Below, piece after piece: positions 11,430 through 23,920 of a stretch of DNA of 64,000 nt. Position 1 is the first letter of the stretch; each line of letters starts with the position of its first letter. A program made the translations under genes and the position numbers. The DNA lies in assembly GCF_963921235.1 (NCBI RefSeq), contig NC_086097.1:245212001-245276000 (forward strand). The letters are read 5' to 3'. Source of the stretch: Mobula hypostoma. Lineage: Eukaryota. The notes beneath the pieces are model-generated. The model was given only the letters and a program-made list of their open reading frames with translations. It was not told the DNA's origin and searched no databases.

Positions 11430-13800
11430 AGAGCATAGAACGTACAACAGAGGATCTGGCCCTTTGGGCCAATCATACTAGTAATTAAATGTCTAACTCA
11501 GTAACGCCAATGTTCATTTCCCTTGATTCTGCACATTTAGATCTGAGACTTTTCAAATGCCTCTATTGTATTTGCCTCCACTACCACCCCTGGATGAGTA
11601 TTTCAGGCAACAACCACTCTGTTCCCCACGTTTCCTTTGAACTTACCCGCTCTCATCTTAAGTCAAGGCAAGTCAAGTTTATTGTCAATGTATACCGTCA
11701 AACGAGACAACGTTTCTCTGGACCAGGCTGTAAAACACAGTAGCACACATACACAAATATAACACACAATAACTTAGAAAAGTAAGAATTAAATCTACCA
11801 ATAAATTATGCTTAGATAAACAAAATAAAGTGCATAAAGTAAATATTGTACAATCATCATCAGTACAAATTATCTGGTGACACTTTGAATGCCATGTGAC
11901 AGGGAGTTTGGAAGCCTAATGCCCTGAGGGAAGAACCTGTTCCCCATCCTGACCACTCTTGTTTTTAATGCATAAAAGTCTTCTAAATACATGCTCTCCA
12001 GTGTTAGACATTTCAGTCTGGGGGAAAGATACTGGTGTCAACTCTACCTGGGCCTCTCATAATTTTATAAACTTTTATCAGGTTTCCTCAGCCTCCGCTG
12101 CTCCGGAGAAGCATAATCCCCCTTCTGATAACTGGCACCCTCTAATCCAGGCAGCATCTTGGTAAACCTCTTGTGCACTCTTCCAATGCCTCCATATCCT
12201 TCCAATAATGCAGGGACTGGAACTGGATGTAATGGTCCAGTTGCAGCCTTATTAGAGTTTTATATGAAGCTGCAACATTGCTTCCCAACTCTTGAACTTA
12301 GTGCCTTGACTAGTAAACTTTACCAACCTACAACTTGAGCAGCCATTTTCAGGGAACTATGGACTTGGACTCCAAGGTCCCTCTGTACATCATCACTGTG
12401 AAGGGTCTGCCATTAACTGTGTATTATCCATTTAGATTTATAGGCATCCGTTAGTCTCATGAGACCATGAAGTTGCGCCTTGGAAGGTTTCCAGGGCGCA
12501 GGCCTAGGCAAGGTTGTATGGAAGACCAGCAGTTGCCCATGCTGCAAGTCTCCCCTCTGCACACCACCGATGTTGTCCAAGGGAAGGGCATTAGGACCCA
12601 TACAGCTTGGCACTGGTGTTGTCACAGAGCAATGTGTGGTTAAGTGCCTTGCTCAAGGACACAAACGCTGCCTCAGCCAAGGCTCGAACTAGTGACCTTC
12701 AAATCACTACACGAACGCCTTAACCACTTAGCCACGCGCCAACACTCCACTTAGACTTGATCTCCCAAAATGCAACACTTCACAAATGGCCAGGTTAAAC
12801 TCCATGTGCCATTTCTCCGCACGTATGCTCTTGAGCCCTGTGGCCTCTGCACCAAGCCGTAGAGTGTCGGGCTTCTAGGTTTCTCGAGCACCTGTACTTA
12901 ATAATTGTTGTCTTAATGAAAGTTGTTAAGCCCTTGTGCTTTATGTTTAATCTTGTCAAGTTAATTGTGATTGGCGCAAGTTTTCCGCTTTCTATGATAA
13001 TTTCATTCGGACTCTTGATTAGCGCTGTGCACAGAGTCCTTGTGTGTTGAGAGTGTTTTGTCTCACATTGTCGCTCAGTTGTGCCATCAATGCTCTGTTG
13101 GTATTTGTATGTATAACCTCTTGTTTCAATCTTCACATGGGAATCTACCCTTCCTCTGCACCTGGGGTGAGACATTGCCAGTGCTCATCATGATACATAT
13201 CTGCAGCTAATCTATGTCCTGCTGTATCCTTTAGTAATCTTCGATCCTATCCACAACACCACCAATCTTCATATCATCTGCGAATTTACATTTTCATCCA
13301 GGTCATTAATATATATCACAAACAGCAGAGGTCCCAGTATAGATCCCTGCTGAACACCACCAATCACAGACTTCCAGCTAAAATAAATCTCATCAGAAAT
13401 GGTCTTCTATCACACAAGCCAATTCTGAATTTGAGTGGCAAAGCAACCGTGGAACCAAAACAGTTTAATCTTCTTGATCAGCCAGTCATGAGGGTCTGGC
13501 ATCCTTGTCAAATGCCTTACAGGGAAAGGACATCCATAGCTCTACCATCATCAATCACCTTCTTCAACACCTCAAGGAAAATCAAGTTAGTTAGACAGTA
13601 TTTGCCCTGCACAACATCATGTTGACTATCCCTAATGAGGCCATGGTTTTCCAAATGCACATAAATCCCACTGCTGAGAACTTCTCCAATAGCTTCCTTA
13701 CCATTGAGTTGAGACTCACTGGTCTATAGTTTCCAGGCTTATATCCACTTCTTTGCTTGAATAATGGAACGATATTAGCTGATTTGCTTTCCTTGGAGAT
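11430..13800 (-). mobile_element. Old CR1 with several nested insertions
   Basis: Scattered CR1 RT and 3' motifs such as PGNYRPVSL (13591-13857). Confidence 0.75.
12440..12745 (-). mobile_element. tRNA-derived SINE with CORE-like segment
   Basis: Minus strand has A box TGGCTAAGTGG, B box GTTCGAGCC, then GTGTCCTTGAGCAAGGCACTTAACC. Confidence 0.8.
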
Positions 13801-14039
13801 TAGGAGCCTGAGGGAGGTGTGGAAAGTGATGAGAAGCACATACAGGGCAGATAGCAAGAAACATTTTTCCCACCAACAGGGATATTTAAGTAGAAGGTTA
13901 TGGGGCAGAGGTTTAAAAGGGATCTAAAGGATGTGATGAGTAGAATAGATTAGGACAAGGTATTGGACCTTGCCTGTGACTAGAGAGAAAATGAAGATAT
14001 CGATCTGGGATGTATCACCCCTGCTCCATCCGCTAAAAT

Positions 14040-14310
14040 CAGAATTTCCCAGGCCCAATCACTTTAATTCTAATTCCCATTCCCGTTCTGACATATTGGT
14101 CATGGCCTCCCCTTGTGAGGCAACTGTCAGGTGGAGGAGCAGCACCTCTTATTCTGTCTGAGCAGCCAGATGGCATGAACATCGATTTCTCCTTCTGGTA
14201 AATACTTCTTCTCTCCCCCTTCCCTCTTTTTCTATTTCCCACTCTACCTGACCTGCTGAGCTCCTCTAGCAATTTGTGTGTGTTTCCAGCATTCGCGGAG
14301 CCTCTTGTGT
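14040..14310 (+). mobile_element. Penelope-like element 3' fragment
   Basis: HFNSNSHSRSDI segment matches the C-termini at 18955-19205 and 56360-56520. Confidence 0.7.
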
Positions 14311-14524
14311 TTATGATTTGCTGTCTGTAAGAAGTTTATTTGTTCTCCGTGACCAAATGGGGTTTTCTGGGTGTTCTGGTTTCCTCCCGCATTCCAAAGA
14401 CATAAAGGCCATGGATAGTAACTTGCAGGCATGCGATGTTGGAGCCAGAAGAATGGAGACGCTTGAAGGCTGCCTCCAGCACATCCTCGGACTGTGTTAA
14501 TCATTGTTATGAATAACTCATTTC

Positions 14525-14875
14525 ACTCTCCATCTTCCACTGGTGCTCCCCTCCCCCTTTCTTTCTCCTTAGGCCTCCCGTCCCATGATCCTCTCCCTTC
14601 TCCAGCCTTGTATCCCTTTTGCCAATCAACTTTCCAGCTCTTGGCTTCATCCCTCCCCCTCCTGTCTTCTCCTATCATTTCGGATCTCCCCCTAGCCATC
14701 CCACTTTCAAATCTCTTACTATCTCTTCTTTCAGTTAGTCCTGTCGAAGGGTCTTGGCCCGAAACGTCGACTGTACCTCTTCCTAGAGATGCTGCCTGGC
14801 CTGCTGCGTTCACCAGCACTTTTTGTGTGTGTCGCTTGAATTTCCAGCATCTGCAGATTTCCTTGTGTTTGCGTT
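14525..14875 (+). mobile_element. Penelope-like terminal repeat with mutated hammerhead motif
   Basis: AGTC-CTGTCGA-AGGGTCTTGGCCC-GAAAC-GTC-GACT at 14737-14772. Confidence 0.75.
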
Positions 14876-15289
14876 TTTAAACTCATTTCACTGTATGTTT
14901 TGATGTGACAAATAAAGTTTATCTTTAATCCATGTCCTTCTCCTTGGTAAATACTGATGCAAAGTACTCATTTAGCACCTGCTAAATGAGTACTTAGTCC
15001 TCTGCCTCCAAGCACATATTTCTTTCTTTATCCTTGAATAGTCCTATCCTCTCCCTAGTTATCCTCTTGTTCTTGATGTATTCCTTGGGATTCTCTTTAA
15101 TCCTACTTGCTAGGAACTTTTCATAGACTCTCCCAACTCCCTCCCCAAGCTGTTACTTTATAATCCTCAAGGGTTCCCTACATTTGATTCCAATCTCCTC
15201 ATAATAAACAACATCAATAGTTTTCCTAATTACCTGATGTGCCTGGATCCAACAGCTCTGATTATTTAAAATATCTCTCTTCCTACCAA

Positions 15290-16020
15290 AATGTACAAAA
15301 TGTAGAACAGAAGGATCTGGGAATACAGACACAAAATTCCCTAAAAGTGGCGTCACAGGTAGACAGGGTCGTAAAGAGAGCTTTCGGTACATTGGCCTTT
15401 ATTAATCAAAGTATTGAGTATAAGAGCTGGAATGTTATGATGAGGTTTATAAGGCATTGGTGAGGCCGAATCTGGAGTATTGTGTTCAGTTTTGGTCACC
15501 AAATTACAGGAAGGATATTAATGAAAGATTGCAGAGAAGGTTTACAAGGATGTTGCCGGGATTGGAGAAACTCAGTTACAGAGAAAGGTTGAATAGGTTA
15601 GGACTTTATTCCCTGGAGCGTAGAAGAATGAGGGGAGATTTGATAGAGGTATATAAAATTATGATGGGTATAGATAGAGTGAATGCAAGCAGGCTTTTTC
15701 CACTGAGGCAAGGGGAGAAAAAAACCAGAGGACATGGGTTAAGGGTGAGGGGGGAAAAGTTTAAAGGGAACATTAGTGGGGGCTTCTTCACACAGAGAGT
15801 GGTGGGAGTATGGAATGAGCTGCCAGATGAGGTGGTAAATGCAGGTTCTTTTTTAACATTTAAGAATAAATTGGACAGATACATGGATGGGAGGTGTATG
15901 GAGGGATATGGTCCGTGTGCAGGTCAGTGGGACTAGGCAGAAAATGGTTCGGCACAGCCAAGAAGGACCAAAAGGCCTGTTTCTGTGCTGTAGTTTTTCT
16001 ATGGTTTTCTATGGTTTCTA
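15290..16020 (+). mobile_element. Young CR1 3' fragment
   Basis: ORF 15457-15936 (LEYCVQFWSP, SLERRR); nearly identical to 40613-41340(-). Confidence 0.95.
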
Positions 16021-16159
16021 ATCACATTTTTCTCTGTAACCTTTGCCGGTTCACCCTACCCATATCGCTTTTCCAGTCTCTATATCGAATTCACAACTTA
16101 CTTCCCGGCCTATTTTTGGGAAATTAACAAATGTACCAACTATAAACACTAGTAATTCG

Positions 16160-16580
16160 GGATATGCTGGAAATCCAGAGCAAGACACAAACAAATTGCC
16201 AGAGAAACTCAGCAGGTCAGGCAGCATCTAAAGACAGTCAATATTTCGGCCTGGACCCTTCGTCAGGACTGGAAAGGAAGGGGGAAGAAGCCAGAATAAG
16301 AAGATGTGGGCAGGGGAATGAGTACAAGCTAGTGAGTGATAGGCGAAACCAGGTGAGGGGCAAGATGGGTGAGTGGGGGAGGGAGGTTGAAGAAAGAAGC
16401 TGGTAGTTGTTAGGTGGAAGAAGAAAAGAGCAGAAGAAAGAATCTGATAGGAGAGGGGAATGGACCATGGGAGAAAAGCAAGGAGGAGGTGCTCCAGAAG
16501 GTGGTGATGGTTAAGGAGAAAGGAAGGGGTAAGAGGAGAGCAAAAAAATGGGGAGGGAGAAGGAGAGAAATGGGAAATGG
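16160..16580 (-). mobile_element. Penelope-like terminal repeat
   Basis: Minus strand CAGTC-CTGACGA-AGGGTCCAGGCC-GAAAT-ATT-GACTG at about 16235-16271; purine-rich body on plus strand. Confidence 0.7.
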
Positions 16581-17352
16581 AAGAAGATGACACCAGTGAA
16601 CAACATGATTAGTGGCGACGTCCTTCAGATAGTTCTTGAATCTACTTAATTTATTTCTTTTACTCTTTCTTCATCTTTCCAATATGATTCTGCTACCATT
16701 AGAACCTGCGATTTACATTTTAATGGTGAGGTTTTGGTCCGATTGAATGATCTGCCGCTTTGCTATCTCAGAGGGAGTTCGGTGGGGTTTTGAGCAAAGT
16801 GTGCAGTCTAGAGGACAAGAAGCCAGGAGACGGAGAGCCAGCCCACAATTGACTCAATTTCTTGCCAATCTCGCCGATTAATGGTCGAGAAAGATTGAAA
16901 TCAATGAGGATGAGAGCGGAAGGCGAGCGGGTGTTGAGTGTTGTCTGGCTGCATTTGACTGGTCCCCTCTCTCCGTCTCGCTCTTGCTTACCACTCCTGG
17001 AGAAAGATCCCTCCGTTCGACTGGTTTCCCTCTCTCAGTCTCACTCACTGCTCCCAGAAGAAGTTGCCTGTGTTTGACCGCGCAGTCTCTCTCTCCCCCC
17101 ACCCCCCGCCCAATGCTTCTGGAGGGTAGTGCTGTAGTCGCGGGTATGGGCGAGGTTTAATTAACGCAGTTTGTGGATTGGATCCTGTAGTTCACATTTT
17201 GGTGTGTTTCTGGTTTCTGGTTGCTTATTTTTATTGCTATTTCGTACAATTTTGATCAGGGCAGACTGGCTCTGCAGCCTGCACTCAATGAGTGACACAG
17301 CTCTGAATTGAACTCAGCTGAATGTTCCTGGATTGTTTCAATTGCTTTGTGG

Positions 17353-18036
17353 TTTAGATTAGATTATGAGAACACTCAATCCTCTTTTATTGTCATTTAC
17401 AAATGCATACATGCATTAAGAAATGATACAATGTTTCTCCGGAGTGATATCACAGAAAACAGGACAAACCAAAGACTAACACTGATAGAACCACATAATT
17501 ATAACATATAGTTACAGCAATGCAAAGCAATACCATAATTTGATGAAGAACAAACCATGGGCATGGTAAATAAATTCTCAAAAGTCCCCGAGTTGATCGA
17601 CTCCCGAGTCCCTGATAGCAGGCGGCAAAAGGGAGAAACTCCCTGCCATAAACCTCCAGGCACCGTCAACTTGCCGATACCTTGGAAGCAGCCGACCACA
17701 GCCGACACCGAGTCCATCCGTCTGAAAACTTCCAGCCTCTGACCAGCCTCTCCGATACAGCCTCCCGAGCGCCATCCTCTGCCGAGCGCCTTTGACCTCG
17801 CCCCGGCCGCTAAAGCACGCCAACCCAAGGATTTCGGGGCCTTCTGCTCCAGAGATTCCGGTTACCACACAGTAGCAGCAGCAGCGAAGCGGGCATTTCA
17901 GAAGTTTTCCAGATGTTCCTCTGTACTCTCACGTCTGTCTCCATCAAATCAGGATTGTGCACGGTCCCCTACTTGACAGATAACAGACATCACCACCAAA
18001 GTGGCCGCGCGTGCTGCCATCGCACCGCCATCTTCT
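17353..18036 (-). mobile_element. GC-rich non-autonomous retroposon, copy 2, apparently full length
   Basis: Starts GAAGATGGCG and ends in a (TCTAA)n tail; inserted into another repeat spanning about 16600-18250. Confidence 0.8.
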
Positions 18037-18289
18037 CTTCCTCCTCCTCCTATTTTGATGTTTTATATTCTGAGTTTACCACTCATTTTTTGCTGTTTGT
18101 ATGATTTGTTCTTTTTCTTTGTGTGTGTTGGTGGTGTGATGATTTCCTTTGAACAGGTTCCATGGTTTCGTTTGTTTTGTGACTGTCTGTGGGAAGATGA
18201 TTCTCAGGGTTGTATACTGGACACATACTTTGATAATAAATGTACTTTGGATCATTGGGGGGAGATATTACTGGAAGCTAGAAAAAAAC

Positions 18290-19205
18290 GATAAATACAC
18301 GAGATTCTGCAGATGTTAGAAATCTAGAGCAATACATACTGGAGGAACTCAGCATGTCAGATGGCATCTATGGAAATGAGTAAAAAGTTGATTTTTGGGC
18401 TGAGACTCTTCACTGGGACTGGAAAGGAAGCGGGGAAACTTCAGGATAAAAAATGGGGTAGGGGAAGGAAGGCAAGCTAGAAGGTGATAGATAAAGCAAC
18501 ACTCACAACATGCTGGAGGAACTCAGCAGGTTGGGCAGCATCCGTGGAAACGATCAGTCAACGTTTCGGGCCGGAACCCTTTGTCAGGACTGAAGAGGGA
18601 AGGGGACAAAGGCCCTATAAAGAAGGTGGGGGGAGGGTGGGAAGGAGAAGGCTGGTAGGTATCAGGTAAAAAAACAGTAAGGGGAAAGATAAAGGGGTGG
18701 GGGAGGTGATAGGCAGGAAAGGTGAAGAAGGAATAGGGGAAAACACAATGGGTAGTAGAGGAGGTGATAGATAAAGCAAGGTGGGTGGCAATGATAAAGG
18801 GGTAGAGAGGAAGGAATCTGATAGAAGAGGAGATTGGATCACCGGGAGAAAGGGTATGGAGTGGCACCAGGCAGCTGAGGAGGAGGTAAGAGGTCAGAGT
18901 GGGAAAATACAAAATGAAAGGCGGTGGAGGAAAGAAGTAAAAATACAAAAAAAATTACCATATGTTAGAGAAATCGATACTCATGCCATCAGGTTGTAAC
19001 CTACCTAGCTGCAATGTGAGGTGTTGCTTCTCTACTCTGAAAGTGGCCTCAACATAGCAGTAGGGGAGGCCGTTGACTGACATGTCAGAATGGGATTGAA
19101 AAGTAGAATTAAAATGGGTGGCCACAGGGAGAACCCACCTTTTGTGGCAGACGGAGCAAACGTGTCTGACGAAGTGGTCCCCTAAGTTACGTTGGGTCTC
19201 ACTGA
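18290..19205 (-). mobile_element. Penelope-like element: GIY-YIG C-terminus plus terminal repeats, with a nested younger copy near 18495-18770
   Basis: ETQRNLGDHFVRH...PVATHFNS...LGRLQPDGMSIDF; hammerhead-like motif at 18555-18592. Confidence 0.8.
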
Positions 19206-19394
19206 TACCTTCAGTGCCTTCATCCAGGTCACATATAAAAATTGTCAATAAAAGTTGAGACCCCTGCTTTGTTTCCATTGTTTCACTGGTTACATTCTGC
19301 CTATCAGAATTATGCCTGCTCTCTCTCCTGTGAACCAGACAATTTTCTATCAGGAGCAAAATGTTATCTCTTGCATCCATGATTTCATTTCCCA

Positions 19395-19635
19395 TAATGA
19401 CCATCATCAGGGACCCCATCACCCGGGACATGCTCTCTTCTCTCTGCTGCCATCAGGAAGAAGGTACAGGAGCCTCAGAACCCACACCACCACATTCAGA
19501 AACAGCTATTACCCTTTAACCATCAGGCTCTTGGACACGAAGGGAAAACTTGACTCAACTTCACTTGCCCTATCACTGAACTGTTCCCACAACCTATGGA
19601 CTTACTTTCACGGCCTCCATTTCATGTTTATTGCT

Positions 19636-19668
<33 letters not shown>

Positions 19669-19830
19669 TATTTTTACTCTTTTGTATTACACAGTTCATT
19701 GTCTTTTGCACATTGGCTGTTTGTCAGTCCTGTTGGGCGTAGTCTTTCATTGATTTTATTATGTTTCTTGTATACCGACAAGAAAATGAATCTCAGGGTT
19801 GCATATGATGACGTATGTACTTTGAACTTT
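19395..19830 (+). mobile_element. Rex1-type LINE 3' end
   Basis: HPGHALFSLLPSGRRYRSLRTHTTTFRNSYYP; tail GAATCTCAGGGTTG...GAACTTTGA. Confidence 0.8.
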
Positions 19831-22017
19831 GACCTAATGACCTTTCATCCAGCACCTTTTGAAATGCCTTTCAGAAATCATATATATAGTAATCTACCAT
19901 TTTCCCTTTATCCACAGTAATTTACTGTGTAGCTGTTGAAGTTCAACATTACATTCAGAAACTGGGAAGACTTTACACTCAATAGATACACCTGGAGGAA
20001 ATCTGTTCAAGAGGGAACATTGCTACATGAGAAAGCCCTCCATTGTGTCACAGAGAACAAGTGGCAAATGGAGAGAATAAACAATGGAAGGTACTAACCA
20101 CTAACCAGAGCCACTACTTACCCTTGCCCACACTGCACCATGTGGACCCCAGATCAGATTCTACAGTTGCCTGAGGAGCCACCAATAGACAACTCTTTAG
20201 GAGAACATCATAGTCAACTTGAGCAATCACACTCCCAAAAGGAAACCATGGTAAAATTCTGATAAAGGGCTATGCCATTGCTCAGAAATCCTGATTGATT
20301 TGTTATCAAATTCTGAAGACTCACCAACAGACAACTCCTTAGGAGAACATCATACTTGACTCGAGTATTATAAGTTACTGCTTCAAAGAACAAACATAAA
20401 ATCGTTAAATACAACTTCCTTTTCACAAAATCACGTTGACTTTTCCTGATTAACTGGAAATTTTATTCCAAGCACCCCACAGTAATATTTTTATTCATGG
20501 TTTCTAACATCATGTATCGTGACAAAGTTAAGTCAATTGGAAGGTGGTTACTTTCCTTTTGATTAAAGGAATTACATTTGCTCTTTCCAGTACAATGCAA
20601 CTTTCTAGCCTTCTTTAAATTAAGGGATTTTGGAAAGTTAAAATCAAATTAATATCTCACCTGTCACATTTAAAACCCCAGAATGAAGTCCATCAAGAAA
20701 CGGAGAACTGTCAGCTTAGAGCTCCAACAATTTGCTCTGTATCACTTTCCTGATGATTGTAACTTTCACCCCAAGTTTGTTTATTTATTTAAAGATACTG
20801 TGCAGAGTAGACCATCTGAGCCACACTGCCCTAGCTAGCTCACAACACTGATTTTACTCATCTAATTACTGAACAATTCATGTTAACTAATTAACTGACT
20901 TGTTACATTTTTGGACTATGGAAGCAACCTGGAGCACCCAGGAAAAACCCATGGATTCTTTGGAGAGGAGGCACAGAGATTCCTTACAGAATGGCACTGG
21001 AATTGAACTCCAAACTCTGATGCCCTGAGTTGTAATAGTGTTGTGTTAACCATGGCACCCAGAAAAAGTTCCTCCCTCTCTTTCTAGGTATAGGTGTAAA
21101 TAGGAAATTGGAAGTTACTAGTGTCCTTTACAGTGAAGAATGTTTAATTCAGCTACCATCTCCAAACCAAAAGAATTAGGACTGGCTATTATTTAATGAA
21201 AATGACAGATCCTACAGGCTTCTCCTCACTTCCTTTCCAGTCCTGATAAAGGGTCTCGGCCCAAAACGTGGACTGCTTTCATTTCTACAGATGCTGCCTG
21301 ACCTGCTGAGTTCCTCCACATTTTGTGCTGTTGCTCTGGATTTTCAGCATCTGCAGAATCTCTTGTGTTGGAAACCTACTATGACCAGATAAATCAGGTG
21401 GCCGTAGATCGGCAGATAACCCTTGTGGGAAACAAATCTCAGGCTGGGGAAGGGAGGAATCTGATTAACTACTGGAATCAGAAATAACAAGATTTAAATA
21501 GATTAATAGGAAAAAATAATTAAATAATTGAAATATTAGAACATTCCTGCAGATCACAAAAACATTACTGACAATATCATTCTAACTACTTGATGTAAAT
21601 TTTCCCTTAAGAGCTAAAGATTGACACCATGGCATATCAAGTTCATAAATTTAATTAGAACAGTTGTCTACCAGTCGTAAAGAACATTTAACAAACTAAT
21701 TTTGACAACTAACTAGTAAGGGTTTCATTTCTGAAAGGATCCTGACCCAAAATTCAGGGTCTAGGATGATCTTTACTGATAACACAATTGAAGAGGTGAA
21801 AAAATATCAGGAGTGTTCTGAGTTTGAAATCAATAAAATGTGTACCTTGTATTTATGGTGTTTATTTTTACAAATGATCAAGTTTCACCCAGGAATACTT
21901 CTCAGAACTAAACAAATTAAAATATTTTATTTTATATAATTAAATAAATAGTTTTTATGATTCACAACACATTCCAAAAGATAGGAAAAAATCCTCTTAA
22001 AAATGCACAAACCTTAT

Positions 22018-22051
22018 GTCCTGATGAAGGGTCTCGGCCTGAAACGTCGAC
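22018..22051 (+). ncRNA. Minimal type I hammerhead ribozyme motif, core intact
   Basis: GTC-CTGATGA-AGGGTCTCGGCCT-GAAAC-GTC^GAC: CUGANGA, stem II, GAAA, GUC cleavage triplet, 3-bp stem I. Confidence 0.6.
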
Positions 22052-22112
22052 TGTACCTCTTCCTAGAGATGCTGCCTGGCCTGCTGCGTTCACCAGGAAC
22101 TTTGATGTGTGT
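22023..22112 (+). mobile_element. Miniature Penelope-derived insertion
   Basis: Flanked by AACCTTATGTCCT at 22010-22022 and 22113-22125; body matches 14741-14830 and 51918-52008. Confidence 0.8.
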
Positions 22113-22638
22113 AACCTTATGTCCTTTCCATTTTTCATGTATCCATCCAATCTAACCTCAAGCTTACAGCTTTAATCACATTCTTTGGATAGGTTGCAGA
22201 CCCTCTGAATACCATATGACCATAAGGTATAGGAGCAGAATTAGGCCTTTAAGCCCATCAAGTCTGCTCTGCCATTTCATATTGGCTGATCCATTTTCCC
22301 TCTCAGCCCCAATCTGCTGCCTTGTCCCCGTAACTCTTCATGCCCTGATTAATCAGGAACCTGACAAATGACTAATTGAGAAGTACAGAATAATTGGGTG
22401 AAGTTTGATCATTTATAAATGCCAGTAGCACAAGGTGTTATCAAAGAAATGTTTAATAAAGTGACCCTGTAACACGTTAGGCAAACCAGAAGACTGACAA
22501 CACAGTGACACTAACAGTGAAAAATATCTTTGGGATAAATTCCCTTGAAAGGGAAATCCTACAAGAAGTAGTAGTCCATCACAGGTAAAACCCTCCACAC
22601 CACTGAGCACATCTACTTGGAGTGCTGTCTCAGGAGAG

Positions 22639-22669
<31 letters not shown>

Positions 22670-22894
22670 TCTCTATTTTTCTTTTGTATTTGCACAGTCT
22701 GTTGTCTCTTGCACGTTGGTTGTTTGCCTGCCCTGTTGGGTGCGGTCTCTCATTGATTTTATTGTTTCTTGGATTTACAGTGAATGCCCACAAGGAAATG
22801 AATTTCATGGTTGTATATGGTGACATATATGTACTTTGATAATAAATTTACTTTGAACTTTGAAATCATGCTTGCTACTGTAAGAGAAAACATA

Positions 22895-23640
22895 CATGGT
22901 AAATGGTAGGGCATTGAAGAATGCTGTAGAACAGAGGGATCTTGGAATAATGGTGCATAGTTCCCTGAAGGTGGAATCTCATGTGGATAGGTTGGTGAAG
23001 AAAGCATTTGGTATGCTGGCCTTTATTAATCAGAGCGTTGAGTATAGGATTTGGGATGTAATGTCGAAATTGTATAAGGCATTGGTAAGGCCAAATTTGG
23101 AGTATTGTGTACAGTTCTGGTCACCGAATTATAGGAAAGATGTCAATAAAATTGAGAGAGTACAGAGGAGGTTTACTACAATGTTGCCTCGGTTTCATTT
23201 CCTAAGTTACAGAGAAAGGTTGAACAAGTTGGGTCTTTATTCTTTGGAGCGTAGAAGGTTGAGGGGGGACTTGATAGAGGTGTTTAAAATTTTGAGGAGG
23301 ATTGATAGAGCTGACGTGGATTAGGCTTTTTCCATTGAGAATGGGGAAGATTCAAACAAGAGGACATGAGTTGAGAGTTAAAGGGCAAAAGTTTAGGGGT
23401 AACATGAGGGGGAACTTCTTTACTCAGAGTGGTAGCTGTGTGGAATGAGCTTCCAGTAGAAGTGGTTGAGGCAGGTTCGATGTTGTCGTTTAAATTTAAA
23501 TTGGACAGCTATATGGACAGGGAAGGAATGGAGGGTTATGGGCTGAGTGCAGGTCGGTGGGACTAGGTGAGAGTAAGAGTTCGGCATGGACTAGAAGGGC
23601 TGAGATGGCCTGTTTCCGTGCTGTAATGGTTATATGGTTA
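22895..23640 (+). mobile_element. CR1 3' fragment
   Basis: ORF 22896-23324 with QRDLG and LEYCVQFWSP. Confidence 0.95.
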
Positions 23641-23665
23641 TTTCATTATGGATATCAAAAGGCAG

Positions 23666-23920
23666 CAGGGTAGCATAGTGGTCAGCACAACACTTTACAG
23701 TGCCAGTGACCTGGGTTCAATTCCCGTCACTGCCTGTAAGGAGTTTGTACGTTCTCCCCGTGACCCTGTGGGTTTCCTCTGGGTGCTCCAGTTTCCTCCC
23801 ACTGTCCAAAGTTGTCATTGTAAATTGTCCCACGATTAGGCTAGGATAAATCGGAGGATTGTTGGGCAGTGCAGCTCAAAGGGCTAGAATGGCCTGTTCT
23901 GTGCTGTATCTCAATAAATA
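23666..23920 (+). mobile_element. tRNA-derived V-SINE (HE1-like)
   Basis: A box TAGCATAGTGG, B box GGTTCAATTCC, V-domain-like GTTCTCCCCGTG...GGGTGCTCCAGTTTCCTCCCAC, CR1-like tail; related pieces near 14320-14520, 20790-21060 and 36920-37080. Confidence 0.75.

Noticed and set aside
12660..12745. A and B boxes as a tRNA gene
   Set aside because: They are the head of a multi-copy SINE; no complete cloverleaf.
19255..19920. 221-aa hydrophobic ORF as a membrane protein
   Set aside because: Read-through of a Rex1 3' end, an (ATT)n tract and T-rich UTR.
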